Shown: positions 26,310 to 38,906 of the stretch, in pieces | How positions within the stretch are numbered: the first letter of the stretch is position 1 | Layout of the letters: each line of letters begins with the position of its first letter | NCBI GenBank assembly: GCA_045837725.1 | Contig: JBEWZL010000152.1 | Coordinates: 124,001-188,000, forward strand | Reading direction: 5' to 3' | Source: Vermamoeba vermiformis | Taxonomy: Eukaryota | DNA: 64,000 nt | Notes under the pieces: model-generated | The model's input: the letters and a program-made list of their open reading frames with translations, nothing else | The model's database searches: none | What the model was told of the DNA's origin: nothing | Translations under genes and position numbers: made by a program

Positions 26310-27338
26310 GAGCGGCAATTTGATTCAATGTGCTACTCGTGTTGTCTACTTATCATCAATAGTAAAATAATGAATTTTGTTCCGAGCCCGCGGCTTTTTT
26401 AAGGCTTTCTGACGTTTGTCATTTCATTATTTTAATTTTTCAAGGCCCATTAATTGACGTTTCAGATACTATGCATAATATTGGTTAGTCATGCAGTCAT
26501 TATTCATAAGTACTAGTACATAAGGCTTCTTAACAATTTAATAAGGCATCAGAATTTCAGCATTATAATGATTGCGTACCTGCACGGTCAGAATCAATTT
26601 CTTCATTTGTAAAATCTATATTCTATAATAAGAATATGACTTAAAATGTTCAAACTGCAAAGGCTCACTCGTGGACTTCGCGTAAGTTTTTGTAGTAACC
26701 GTGCGCATCTGACAAATTCGACAGTTGAAACGGACCTGCAAGACCGTTATATTATAATCTATTGATTCTCATTTAACGATAGTCGTGTCGTAATTAAATT
26801 CTTTTGTGTTTGCTGAGTTATTTTTTCGGGCCTGATCACTAGATTTTTATTTGTGCCCTTACCCACTAAAATTCCGCTGTGTTTATACCATAATCGTATG
26901 CAATACTGCACGTACATAATATTATGGTTATGGTTATGAACCCAAAAAAATTTAGTCAGGGCGGAATCTTGCATCAAAGATTTTTTGTTGGTTTAGTTAA
27001 ATAATAATGCGTATAAAACTCACCACGTGCCTTATAAATTTTCGACCGATTTTTTGCACCCAAAAGAAGTTGGTGGTAAAGCTTTCCAGCTGGAAAAAAA
27101 AGCCTCATCTTCCCGCCATCCGTTTCGTTGGCACAGCTAGCTGTGCTTATAAATCTAACCAAAGAATGCTATCATTAACGCCCTCTTATGTATTCCTATT
27201 TAATGGGCTAGCCTAATAATAATGGGCGCCTTTTGCTCGAGAGGAGAAAAAAATTTGTTGGTCAAAGTTTCGTCAACATAGAATACAATTTTGGGGTTTG
27301 TTGGAACATTCAATTGAGTTTAATATAAGACTACCACA

Positions 27339-30300
27339 ATGGCAGCTTCGTTTGATTACAAACTTGCCGAGGAGCAGCTTCAAGAATACGAAAAGAAGCA
27401 AGATCTGATTGACGCCAAAATTCGTGAGATTGCGAACCGTAAGAATGAAGCAGCAGGTCAAAAAGAAAAAATTGAAAAGGAGTTAGAGGATCAGAAGAAA
27501 ATTGTCGCGTAAGTATCAATAGGAAGATAAAACAATTGTTTAACATTTAGTTTCTCAGTTCAATTCATTCTAATATTTGAAATTTGTCGAAATTAATTTA
27601 GTTTATAGCATGGGCATATTATTTATATGTTTAACGGTCACTTTAAGCGGATGTGAAAATTTAAAAAATTCAATTTTGTTCCCTGAACTAATGGAATAAC
27701 TATTTAGCGAGAAAGAAGCAGAAATTAAGCAATTAGAAGAACAACAAAAGCAAAATGACGTGGAAATTAAAAATTTGGAAAAAAACGAAGCCGAAGTGCA
27801 AGAAAAGATCGACTTTTTGAAACAAGAATTGACTCAAATTCAAGAACAAATTAATCAGGCCACTGAAAATATGAAGGCTATTGATCAGCAAATTCAATTT
27901 ATTGACAACTACAAAATTGAGCTCGAGGTAAAATTATTTCAGAGCAAATCCGCTCAATTTCCGCCTTTGCGATTTCAATTCTTTGCAAAATACTCATATT
28001 GATTCTTTTATAGGAAAAATTAGAAGATTTGCAGGCATTAAAGCAACAAACTGAGCAGCAATTGACTCAAAATCAAACCGAATTGAAAGATCTTCAAAAG
28101 CAACGCGTAGATCTCGCTGTTGAAATCGAAAAGACTCACGCTGAAGTAGTGGTACGTATTCAATATTAATATATATTATACAACTGAATTGAAGAACTTT
28201 CTTTTTTGTTTTCAAACGGATGAGACAGCAAAATATTAAAATTGGGTATAATGGCTTATTATTACTCTATATAGGCGCTTGAGGCTGAAATGAACGGATT
28301 GGCCGCTGAAATCGATCAACTTAGACAACAAGAAAAGAAGTTGACCGAAGATCAGACCCGACTCGAACAACAACAAGAAGTCTTGGAGATGGAAGTCGAT
28401 AAGTTGAACGAACAGATCAAAAATATTACGTAAGTATCATATATTATATCAACAATAATATATCAAAGAAAACCAATTCTTTTTTTGGCTCGAAAATTTA
28501 ATTTTGTTTGTAGCGAGGTTTTGGCGGCAAAAGCGTCGCAAAAAGCTAAGCTCGAGGAAGAATTGGCCAAATTAGGCGAGAAATTGAAGGGTCTTGAGTC
28601 TGAACGACAACAATTGGAAAAACAAAAGAAGACCTTGGAAGATCAAGTCTCGAAAATTAAGTACGGGTCGAAATTAAATATAATATATTAGTATATTAAT
28701 ATATGACTCTTTTAGAGCGCAAGAATGGGAAGAAAAGATTAAATTGGACGGAATTATTAAGACAATTAATGGTTTAATTGCCGCTCTCGACACGGTCGCT
28801 GCAGACATTGAAAAAATTAAGGTACGTAATATATTTATATATAAAATATAATTATATTGGTTGTACTTATGTTGATTATAGGGAGAGTTGCAGCAGTTAG
28901 CTGAAAGAGAACAAAAATTGACGGCGGATCTGAACACAACGAACAACACTATTATAGAGACTCAAAAACAATTAGAGGCCGCTAAAACTAACCTTGGCAA
29001 AGAGCAAGAGAAATTAAAGCAAAATAAGGATTTATTAGCACAATTGACGCAACAATTAAAGGCCGCTGCGGATCAACACGCCGCACTGGTGCAGCAATTG
29101 ACGCAAAACCAACAATTGTTGGAAAAATTGACTAAAGAGGCCACAATACTAGCAGAGGCTATTAAACAAAAAGATCTTGAAGTTAAAGACCAAGAGGCCA
29201 AGGTTAAAGATCTGACTGATCGATTGAAGGCGCTCGAAGGTATGTCTATTTTTGGAAATCAATAGTTCGCATTTCCTAATTAGGAGATTTCGCAGAACAA
29301 ATGAAGCAAGTCGAAGTTGACGTTCAAAATGCCATCAATGCGGAAAAACAAGCCGCAGCTGAACTCGAAAAGGCAAAACAAAATGTAGCTGCTGCCGAGA
29401 ACGAGGTAATGCTGAAGTTTTGCATTAATATGGTCTTATTAATTCTATATTATAGCTTAAACAAGCACAAGCGACGAACAATCCTGTAGTAATCGAAGCT
29501 GCGTTGAAGAAAGTGCATTTGGCACAGAGCAACTTGGGACAGGCCCAGAGCAAGCACAACGCCGCCAAGACTCGTCTCGAAAATGCAAATAAGAACAAGG
29601 CCGCACTGGCTGCAAATATTGAGCAGACTAAGACCGCATTGAATCAACAGAAGTACGTGCTAATCGTGACAGTCTGACACTTTGACACGTGTCAAATATT
29701 TTTCACGGCTGATTCTAACGTGTCTAAATTTAGGACCGTTCTTGATACTAAGCAAAAAGAATTAGTCGGTCTTAAGCAACAACACGAGGTCAAGACTCAA
29801 GAGATTGGCAAGACTAACGAGGTCATTAAGAAATTGACGGCTGATGTTGCCGCCAAAGACGTTGAGATTAAAAACTTCCACGAAAAGATTAAAGTCACTC
29901 AAGAGTACGTAGCTGGCGATCTCATTCTTCTTTAACTAATTTTCCTAATTAGGCAAATCATGGTTGGCGAGAAGAACGTCAACACTTTGAACACTCAGAT
30001 TGAAAGCTTCAACGGCCAACTCGTCGAGTTGAACCAAAAACGAACTGCGTTGGTGACTAATATCGATCAAACTAAGAACAATATTAAAGAATTGAACGGT
30101 GCTTTGAAAGGCGCGCAAGACAAGCAAAAGAATCTGCAAGGTAAGCCTTTCATGAATCCTTTTCACTGAACAAAGCTAACCCAAACCTTTAGCTCAACGA
30201 GTCGAAGCTGAAAAGAACAAAGAAGCCACGGTAGCTAAGATCCAATCGTTGAAAAATCAGCGTCAACAGCTCGTCGAACAAACGAAGGCGTTGAAAAAGA

Positions 30301-31698
30301 AGTGGAAAGAAGTCGTGAAGCAATCTGAAGGCATCAAGCACAAGCTTTCTATTGCTAGTCAATCTGTGGCTGAGCTTCAAGGTACGAACCAAACGCTATT
30401 TGATCCGACATGGATCCCAGATCTGTTTAGATCTGTTTACCAGATCTACTGGCCTGATCAAATTCGCAGAGAATTTTTGAATTATTGTAACATGGAATTT
30501 CTAATTGATTTTGTGAGCGAAAAAAGTCATTAGTAGCAATTTCATTTGTCACTAACAACTTGTGTTAGAGCAACAAAAGCAAGTGCAAACGCAGTTGAAC
30601 GATGCCAAAGGTCGCTTGGACAAAGTGAACAAAGAGCTCGAGACCACCGTCAACAAGCAGAAAGAAGTCGAGTCACAAATTTCTGCAAAGAATAAGTTGA
30701 TCCAAGACAAACAAGTGCAACACAAAGAAAAATTGACGCAAAGAAACACCAAGGCTGCATTGCTCGTCAATCTTGACGGTCAATTGCAACAGAAGACCGT
30801 GTTGATCCAGCAACTCCAAGAACAACAAAAGCGAATTGAACAAGGTACGTCACGTGTTTTGAGATATTTTTCGCATGTCGTATATTCAGTGTTAAGTCTT
30901 ATCTTCGTTCGCTGATCGCTCACCAAAAAAAAATTCGAATGACTTGCAGTTTGACACGTGAAAAATATAAAGTGACACGTGTCAAACCGGGAAGCCTTAT
31001 ACAAATATTATTTCCGCGGCCTTTAAAACCCTATTTTGTTGCCAAATCTAATGATTTACGTGTCAAAGTGTCAAAATGTCATTAACGATTCTTTGCAGAA
31101 ATTCGCGCGTCAAAGCGAGAAATGAAGCGACTTGAAGACGAAAACAAGCGACAAGCGGAAAAACGAGCGGATCTGAAGAGCGACCTCGAGAAGCATAAGA
31201 ACCGTGCTTATACTCTCGAAAGTGAAGTGAAATCGCACAATCAAAATATTGCCGGATTAGGCAAGCAAAAAGAAGCCGTCAAAAAGCGCATTAATGAAAA
31301 CGCTACAAAATTGCGAAATCTCGTTGGCGAGGTAAAAACTGAAATTTTTTTATTAATATTTGATTAAATAACCATATTTTAATATTATATTATGGATTAT
31401 TAATGATATTTCTCGCTATTAGATGAGAAATTTATCGACTGTCGTGCGAGATCTGGAAGCAAAAAAGAAAAATTTGGTGGATTCGGCGCAAGACACTGAA
31501 GTCAATTTAAAATTATTCCAAGAACAGTCGATGCATAATTCTAAATTTATCAGCTCTGGTTGGAAGTTATTAAAGCAATTGAAGGGCGCTAAGGTCAGTC
31601 AAACTAACAAGGCTGAAAAACGCGTTGAAAAACAACTTGAAGAGGAAGAAGAAATTGAAGAAGAAATTCAAGTGCAAAGACATAATTATAATTATTAA
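27339..31698 (+). CDS. Long, almost entirely coiled-coil protein (Q/E/K-rich), many exons
   Basis: ATG 27339 (MAASFDYKLAEEQLQEYEKK); heptad-rich ORF pieces from 27760 to 31698 separated by GT-AG introns; no globular domain recognised. Confidence 0.75.
29675..29707. repeat. Intronic TGACACGTGTCA / TGTCAAA-type dispersed mini-repeat (other copies ~4913, 9463, 30951, 31059, 49458, 49582, 54810)
   Basis: Recurrent TGACACGTGTC..ATATTTTTCACG(TGTCAA) and tandem GTGTCAAA units, all located in introns. Confidence 0.6.
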
Positions 31699-32000
31699 TA
31701 TTAATATTAATTAAATCAAAGTAGTCCTATTAATTTTTGTTGTAGTAATAATAACTAAAAATATTTTCCGTCCTTTCATTCAGCCGTAAGTGGCGCGTAA
31801 TTTTCGTGACTATATTTATCAGGAATTTTTGCATAACAGAACCACGTAATTAATGTTTTGTTGCGATCCAATCTGAGAATTTTTATTGACGCGTGTCACT
31901 TTCGCAAGACGCATTTTCGTGCACATGTTCACGTGGTAGCCAACAATAAATACTGAGAAATGGTGTAGATAGATATTTAGTATCTTATTCAGTTGCTCAA

Positions 32001-33821
32001 ATGCAAGTCCACACTACCGTCATTATAAGCTCTTTGCTTATTTTATTGTCCGTTTCTATTGGTGAGTTCAGTGAACGATGGTATACTAGTATACCCACTA
32101 AAATATCATGGTTAATTTTTAAAATATTTTTGGATGCTAGTAATAACTAAATATTCGTTTAGGAAGGGCAGATAAAGTAGATTCGACAACCGGGCAAATT
32201 TTCTATACAAAAGGCGGCGTTGTTTATGGCTCTCCCTACCATTTTCTGGATGACGTACAATTTTTGGTGCAGCTTTTGCCAGATAAGAACGCCAAAATAG
32301 CGCGCCTCTCCTTGGATGCGGATTTGGGGTGGATTTACTTCACAAGTTTAACAGACAAGCTCATCGCTTCTGGTTCTCGTTACAATTATCTGCTCAAAAG
32401 TATGCAGCCTTTAATACCGTTTGCCGGACAAGGAGATCCATGGACCAGGCCTTCTTTTGTTTTGGATTTGGATGACAACTTGCTGTTTTGGACTGGCATT
32501 AGCAACGCAATGAGATCAATATCTAACGGAGCACAACCAACTCAAATTACTAATTCAACTATGCGAGTGAGTTCAGCAAAACTAAACATTTTTGTTTTCA
32601 TGAATGGGACATCCAATTTAATACCAATTTTTAAAAAGGTGGAAGGATTAGCGTATGATCAAGCTAGAAAGAACATCAACTTGATCAAGCTAACAACTAA
32701 AGGCGATTATTACACGTACGATCTGTACACAATGAACATTGATGGATCAAATCAGCTGAAAATTGGCCTTTTGAACGAATGGAGCTATAGAGCCTATCCT
32801 TCTATGTCTATAATTACTGTTCATGACGGATTAGTATTCGTTGGCTACACCGCTTACTACCTAGAGACTAGCCAAAACATACTCGGAGTTTACTGCAACG
32901 GCAGTCAAGCGCGTGTAGCGCCTTTATGGATTTCAGAACATGATAGAGATCTTATCACTGATATTGCATACGACCCTAAAAGCCGTTCTCTCGTTTGGAT
33001 CCTGCAAACTGGTCAAATCTGGAAAGGTCAATTGAACTCCGACAGCACTAAGCTCGTCGATGCTACTGTTCTTCTTAACGATACTTCTCTTGGCGAAGGA
33101 ATTATGATCTCTCAATCGAGCTGTGATTTCAACTGTTACCTGAACGGCGCTTGCTCCGAATCCACCAAAGCAATGCAAATGTGCTCCTAATTATTTTCCT
33201 AGTACTACTTGCAAGACGTTTTGTACTAGAGAAGAAACATGCTCTGGTCATGGCTCTTGTTCTTCAGCAGACGGATCTTGCATCTGCGATCTGAACTGGG
33301 AAGGATCTCGCTGCAACGAAAAGAAGAAGTCGCCTCCAATCTTTCCTAATGCATTCGTAGCAAAGAACGTATCGATGTCTGGCCCTAATTCTAACGCTGT
33401 TACTGCGACAGTAGCAATGTACCAGCCTTTACAATTGCAACGATTTGATTGGTCGAACGGAACAACAACAATTCTCCGCTACGATCTCGGCTTCAGATTT
33501 GACTTATTCAAAGGAAGTTGCAACACATCAATCCTTGGCGGATTATTGCCTCAGTTCCGCGTGCCCGCTGATGCTGTCTTAAACGGAACTACTGCATGCG
33601 CGGCGCCTTCTCCCTGCAACATTTGGTGGTCTGCAAAGGACGAGCGAGTGTTCTATACTACAAGAAATCCTTCTCCTAGTACCGATGGTGATCTTCCTGT
33701 GTTGATTAAGGACTACAAGACGTTGCTCGTGACTTCGTACGATGTTTTGTTGTTCAACTCGAACACGCCTGACAAGTCGCTGTTTGATTTTCCTACGACT
33801 TGCTTGCCAAAGATCAACTAA
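32001..33821 (+). CDS. Secreted beta-propeller + EGF repeats + ependymin-like C-terminal domain; apparent +1 frameshift at 33167-33169
   Basis: Signal peptide MQVHTTVIISSLLILLSVSIG; propeller-like GWIYFTS, EGLAYD, DIAYDPKSRSLVW; EGF CYLNGACSEST|KQCKCAPNY and CSGHGSCSSADGSCICDLNWEGSRC; tail PPIFPNAF...ILRYDLG...CNIWW...PDKSLFDFPTTC. Confidence 0.72.
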
Positions 33822-33958
33822 CAAAAATTAATTTTCAACATCAATTTCTAAGCTAACACACGCACAACCTTTCTTTCGAAGCATTCTAATTACACATCCA
33901 CAATAAATTCAATAATTTTTGCATACTTTTTCTGTCGAAAGTGATTGGTTTATTTTGA

Positions 33959-35953
33959 TCAAAAAAATGGATCGTCATTCCTCTTCGTATTAATTTGAGG
34001 CTTTCTAACTTGCTGCGCATTAGCTGAACCACCAGGTTTCACGCCGGATCCAATGTTCAATTGCCCCGGCACGGCTCTTGCTAATTGATTTTGAACATAA
34101 TCGTTGTTATTACTGGTCTTAGGCTTTTTAACAGGCGGGCCTTGATTTTTATGTCCGCCGTCAACTTGTTTTCTTTTTTCGCCGGATGCAGAACTCTTTG
34201 GAGGTGGTAGTTTGCCTGCCTTACGTAACATTCTCTCGCGTTCTTTTCGCTCTTCTTCGGCATCTTCCTTTCGGCCTAGCCAAGTACTATAATTGATATA
34301 AGTATTAGGTCATAGATCGAATAGGTAATGGTTTGGAAGCGGCACGAGATCCGGATCTAACACGTACCTCCTCCTTTCTTCGTGCTCAATTTCGTCGAAT
34401 CCTGCTTCCATATCTCTATCATCTCCATCGTCGTAGTATTTTGATGGATTATATCCCGTCACGCTCCTATAAAATTATATCAAAATTAGTTTCGTTTTTC
34501 TTTCGATCTAACTTCAAAACGAATATTCAACCTTTAATATGAGTCTCGTAAATTATTTGATATAATATATTAATATTTTATGTAATATTATCGTATTATT
34601 TTGATTTTAAATGACTCGGATCTGACCTCAAAGCTCGTTTCCAGTCCTCTTCATAATAATCTTCTTCGATATCACTCGCCTCTTCTGAAGCCACAAATGA
34701 ATCCTCTTCATATGACTCTTCATGCGCTGCTGGTGGTGGTGGGCTCGTCGGCCTGGATGATCGTCGTAAGGTGATCTAAAAATGGACTTGTTCTGAATTA
34801 CCAAAAAAGTCAAAAATAATTCTAAATTGTTTTTTTGCTTAAAATAGTAACTTACGTTTGCGGATGCGTTTGTGGCCATTGCAGCACGTTGAGCTGGGGT
34901 CAATAAATGAGCTGGCACTGGCGGAGCAGATCTTACTCGTTGACTGTTATTAGCCGGAGCACCTGCTCGTTGTTGCGGAGCGGATCCAGCGCCTCCTGCT
35001 AATTGCTGCTTTTTTCGCTGAATTTCTGCTAATTTTCTTTGCAATTCTTTTTCCTCGTCTTCTACTTGCTTCAGCTTCTCTTTACTCGGCAGACTTAATC
35101 CTAATTTAATTCCATTGATACTGCCTTGTGCACTTGAGCTATTTTTAGGCGCATTTGATTTAGTATTTGTCGTTGTATTATTTTTGCTTGAATAATTTGT
35201 GGTTGAATTTGTCGGTTTTGCAGTTGGTTGTGGTTGATGCTGCAGGCTTTTTTAAAGGGTCTCCGATGACTAATTTTCCATTACTCGAATTACTGGAATT
35301 TTTTGTAGTATTATTTGCTGGTCTATTATTATTATTACTGGTTGTATTATTTGCGGTGTTGGAAATTTTGGAATTGTTGGGATTATTGGCTTGGCTGTTC
35401 TTATTTACATTATTATTGGGTTGTTTTGGTTTGCTACTGTCACTTTGTTGGGCTTTCTTATTAAAAGATACGCCTGAAAATACGCTCGAGCTAGATGACG
35501 CATCTGATCCTCCAGATTTCGAATTTGAGCCAGTTGGTTTATCAGACGATTTATTTTTGTAGCTCGATACTGATTTAGAGCTCTTTGGTGGAGGCTTTTT
35601 AGGCTTTGGGGCAGGATCTGTATAATTTACAAAAAATAAATTCGAAGTTCAAATTGAGAATTTTAAGAATAACCCAAAAATTAGAAGCACATTACCGAAA
35701 ATTTTGTAAATATTATTCTTACCTTCATGCTGAATTTCTTGCATAAATTTCTGGACTGGATTTTGACGTTTAGGTGGAGGAGGTGCCTGCACTTGTATTT
35801 TCACCTCTAAACCCTTGTTAGTATTTTATTATCGATAAAATTATTAGAAAATAGCTCACCCTTTGCTTGCTTAAATGCTGAAAAGACAGTTGGATCAATC
35901 TGAGGCTCCTCACGTCTCCGTTCAGGAGAAGGAGGCCTCATCATCAAATGCAT
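33959..35953 (-). CDS. SPT2: SPT2-like chromatin protein (histone chaperone)
   Basis: C-terminal motif ...EEDWKRAL|RSVTGYNPSKYYDDGDDRDMEAGFDEIEHEERR|STWLGRKEDAEEE matches the SPT2 domain pattern; long low-complexity K/N/S/P N-terminal region. Confidence 0.75.
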
Positions 35954-36145
35954 GGTGGTTGAAGTGTTGTAATGTGTTGTATTAGTACGTTTGCTTCATA
36001 AAAATATTAAAGTTATTCCAATAAACGTGCGCAAATTGGCCGAGAAAAATTCCGACGCTTTTTTTCAAGTCCAAAAGGTCCCCTTTTTGTCTTTTGACCT
36101 TTGTGTTCCGTCACCAATATCAAGTGTTCAGGTACATTCAGAACA

Positions 36146-38072
36146 ATGAAGTTGAAAATCAAGAGCGCGAGAGGCAGCACTTTGTTAGAGATCGAAATTA
36201 ATCCAAATGCGACCGTCGATGAATTAAAGCAAAAATTCTTCGAGAAAAGTATGTGCTGTAATTAATTATAATTTATTATGCGTTGTATATTAATATTTTG
36301 TTTAAAGACAAGAAATTTTACCCCGAGCGACAAAGATTCACTCTTCCCAGCGATGGTATGCAACGAATTTAACCATGATTACAGCTCAAAATATTATGCA
36401 ATGCTATTCCACGAGCTAATGATAATCAAGAGACGTTTAAACGCTGCGCTAGAGCAAATCTAACAAAGATATTTTTAAATCCGCAGGTGGCGCGCCAAAA
36501 GTTGTAAGAGAGGGTACCAAGCTCTCCGAATATAACCTTAAGGACGGAGGTAATATTAATTTCATAAACCGTTGATTAAATGCCTTGCTCATTTTCCGCT
36601 TTTGATCAGACAGTCTCATCTTCAAGGATCTAGGCGTTCAATTCAGCTGGAAGACTGTCTATACTGTTGAATACTTAGGTCCTTTGCTCTTGTACACTTT
36701 GCTCTATTTCAGACCCGCTTTGATCTACGGAGCAGCTGCTAGCCAACCCAAAGTATGGCAACAAGAGTAAGTAACGCACTAAAACCGATTATAATCAATC
36801 ATAATTTATATTAAATAATGCATAATATATGTAATGGAAGTGATTCGGAGCCAAAGTTCCGTTACAAAAAATATTTATTTTTATTTTTATAGTTACGATG
36901 CTTTCTTTAATACCTAAATCAATATTTCCATAAATATATGAATTTTTAATTAATTTATCGATTATGCGTTTTGTTCTTTTTATGTCTCATGTGAGTTACT
37001 TCGGGATCACATTCGAAATTGCTTGGGAGTTAATATTTATTCTTCTAGCACTAAAAATAGGACTATCTTATATATTAGAGTTTATTTTTCAGCAATAGCG
37101 CATCGAATGAATCAATACTTTCTAAATCTCGTTTGGTTTGGATGCGATCGCTAACTCAATTTTATCTCTATAGTTGGGCTTTCTACTGCTGGGCGTTCCA
37201 CTTCGTTAAGAGAATCTTGGAGACGCAATTCATCCATAAATTCAGCGGTGGTACTCTCGGATTCAGATTCATGGTCCGCAACTCGATGTACTATTACTTC
37301 TTTGGTGCTTATGTTGGTTACTACGTCAATCATCCTCTTTACACCCCTGTAGCTAATGAGCAGCTCGTTTACATCGCCACTGGCTTCTTTGCCGTAAGTA
37401 CTTACATTAGGCGACATGACGTCGGATCTTTCTAAAAACAATCACCTCATCAATATCGAGGTTGTTATTATATACAATGGTCTGCGTTAAGAATAATCAT
37501 TTGGAAAATTAACACTCCAAAGCGTCCTACACTTTACAAACAGATCGAATCCGCATTTCAAACTTAACTTAATGGTTATTTGTTGACGTAGCATGGCTAA
37601 TCATACCTTCATTAACTATAGTTGTTCCAAGTTTTGAACTTCTGGATCCACTTCCAATTGAGCCGTTTGCGCGACGATAACGCCAAGGAGAGAAAGATCC
37701 CTCAAGGATTTTGGTTCAATTTTGTGTCGTTCCCGAACTACTTCTTTGAAATCTTGATTTGGGTTGCATTCAACGTCATGACTCATACTGTTGCTGGTAA
37801 GTGCCTTTACTTTTATCTGCTCGCGAATCCAATTTTTTTGGATCTCGATCCCAAAACAAAATCAGCTTTAAATTCCATTCCGAAATATTCATCCCATTAT
37901 CGAGAACTAATTTTTTCGTCATTAAGGTGTTATCTTTAACGTCGTTGGTGGTCTTACTATGACTCAATGGGCGATCGGAAAGCACCGTCGTTACAGAAAG
38001 ATGTTTGATGGTAAAGAAGGCAGAAAGCAATACCCTAAAAGCAGAAAGGCTATTATCCCTTTCATGATCTAA
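36146..38072 (+). CDS. TECR: Very-long-chain trans-2,3-enoyl-CoA reductase (TSC13/TECR) with N-terminal ubiquitin-like domain
   Basis: ATVDELKQ; FKDLGVQFSWKTVYTVEYLGP; HFVKRILETQFIHKFS; YYVNHPLYTP; KIPQGFWFNFVSFPNYFFE; QWAIGKHRRY...YPKSRKAIIPF. Confidence 0.93.
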
Positions 38073-38906
38073 ATTAGGTATAATTTTAATCGCGATCAGA
38101 TCCCGTACACAAACGGGCGCAAAATTTAAGGCCCTTTAATAACATCAATAAATAACTTATTTATATTTAACTATGAGGAGATAAATTATATTTACTATTT
38201 TCGGTTTAATTTACATTCGAACAGTTGACCTACATTTATTTACAAATTGTCGCAATCGGATCCGATTTGTCGTACTTAAGCAGTCACAAACGAGGAATCG
38301 TGCAGCGTTCTTGCTAGGTGTAGGATTAAGATCATTAGTGTGCATTCTGAGCGATAAAAAATGCCACTTTGAGCGAAATATTATTGCAGCTTTACCTACG
38401 TTCTTGCGTACAAGTTAAGTAACCGTTGCAACAAGCTACCTACCTACACTTCCCTTTTATATGCACCGAATTCTACCCAAGTAAGTAGTTTCGTTAGGAA
38501 GTTTCAGTACAAATAGTTTTCTATCGGCGCAAAACATTTTTTGCTGCTTATCTAAAAGAAACAACGTATGGGTGTTAGATCCATCTGCGAATTACTGCTG
38601 ACGGTTCAAGAAGTGCATTATATACTCAGATGAAGGTAGTGTTAGTTTCAATCCAGGTTTAAAAAATTGGATTCAGCTCCCAAAAATTCTTTTGTTGCTC
38701 TAAATAATTGTAGTACTTAGTATCTAAATTAATCATTATGCCTATGAATTTTCAGAGCTAGAAAAGTATAACGTTCGCTTGGAGGGTTGCCAGAAAACTG
38801 ATCACGTTTTGTTGGCTTTATTTTAACGATTCATCGAGCACCACGAACAGGCCCTCGTTAAAAATATTATAAATTAGGTCAAGGAGGATAGATTTCACCA
38901 AATGAA

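Noticed and set aside
26330-27330. 1-kb gap with short ORFs and ACCCAAAA motifs
   Set aside because: No coherent spliced frame or convincing fold seen; treated as a divergent promoter region. It also shows the 8-mer alone is weak evidence
35167-35562. Leu-rich + strand ORF of 131 aa
   Set aside because: Antisense to the Asn/Lys/Ser-rich exon of the SPT2-like gene
38100-38900. Possible gene or element upstream of ankyrin copy A
   Set aside because: No ORF of 60 aa or more, terminal repeats or recognisable motif
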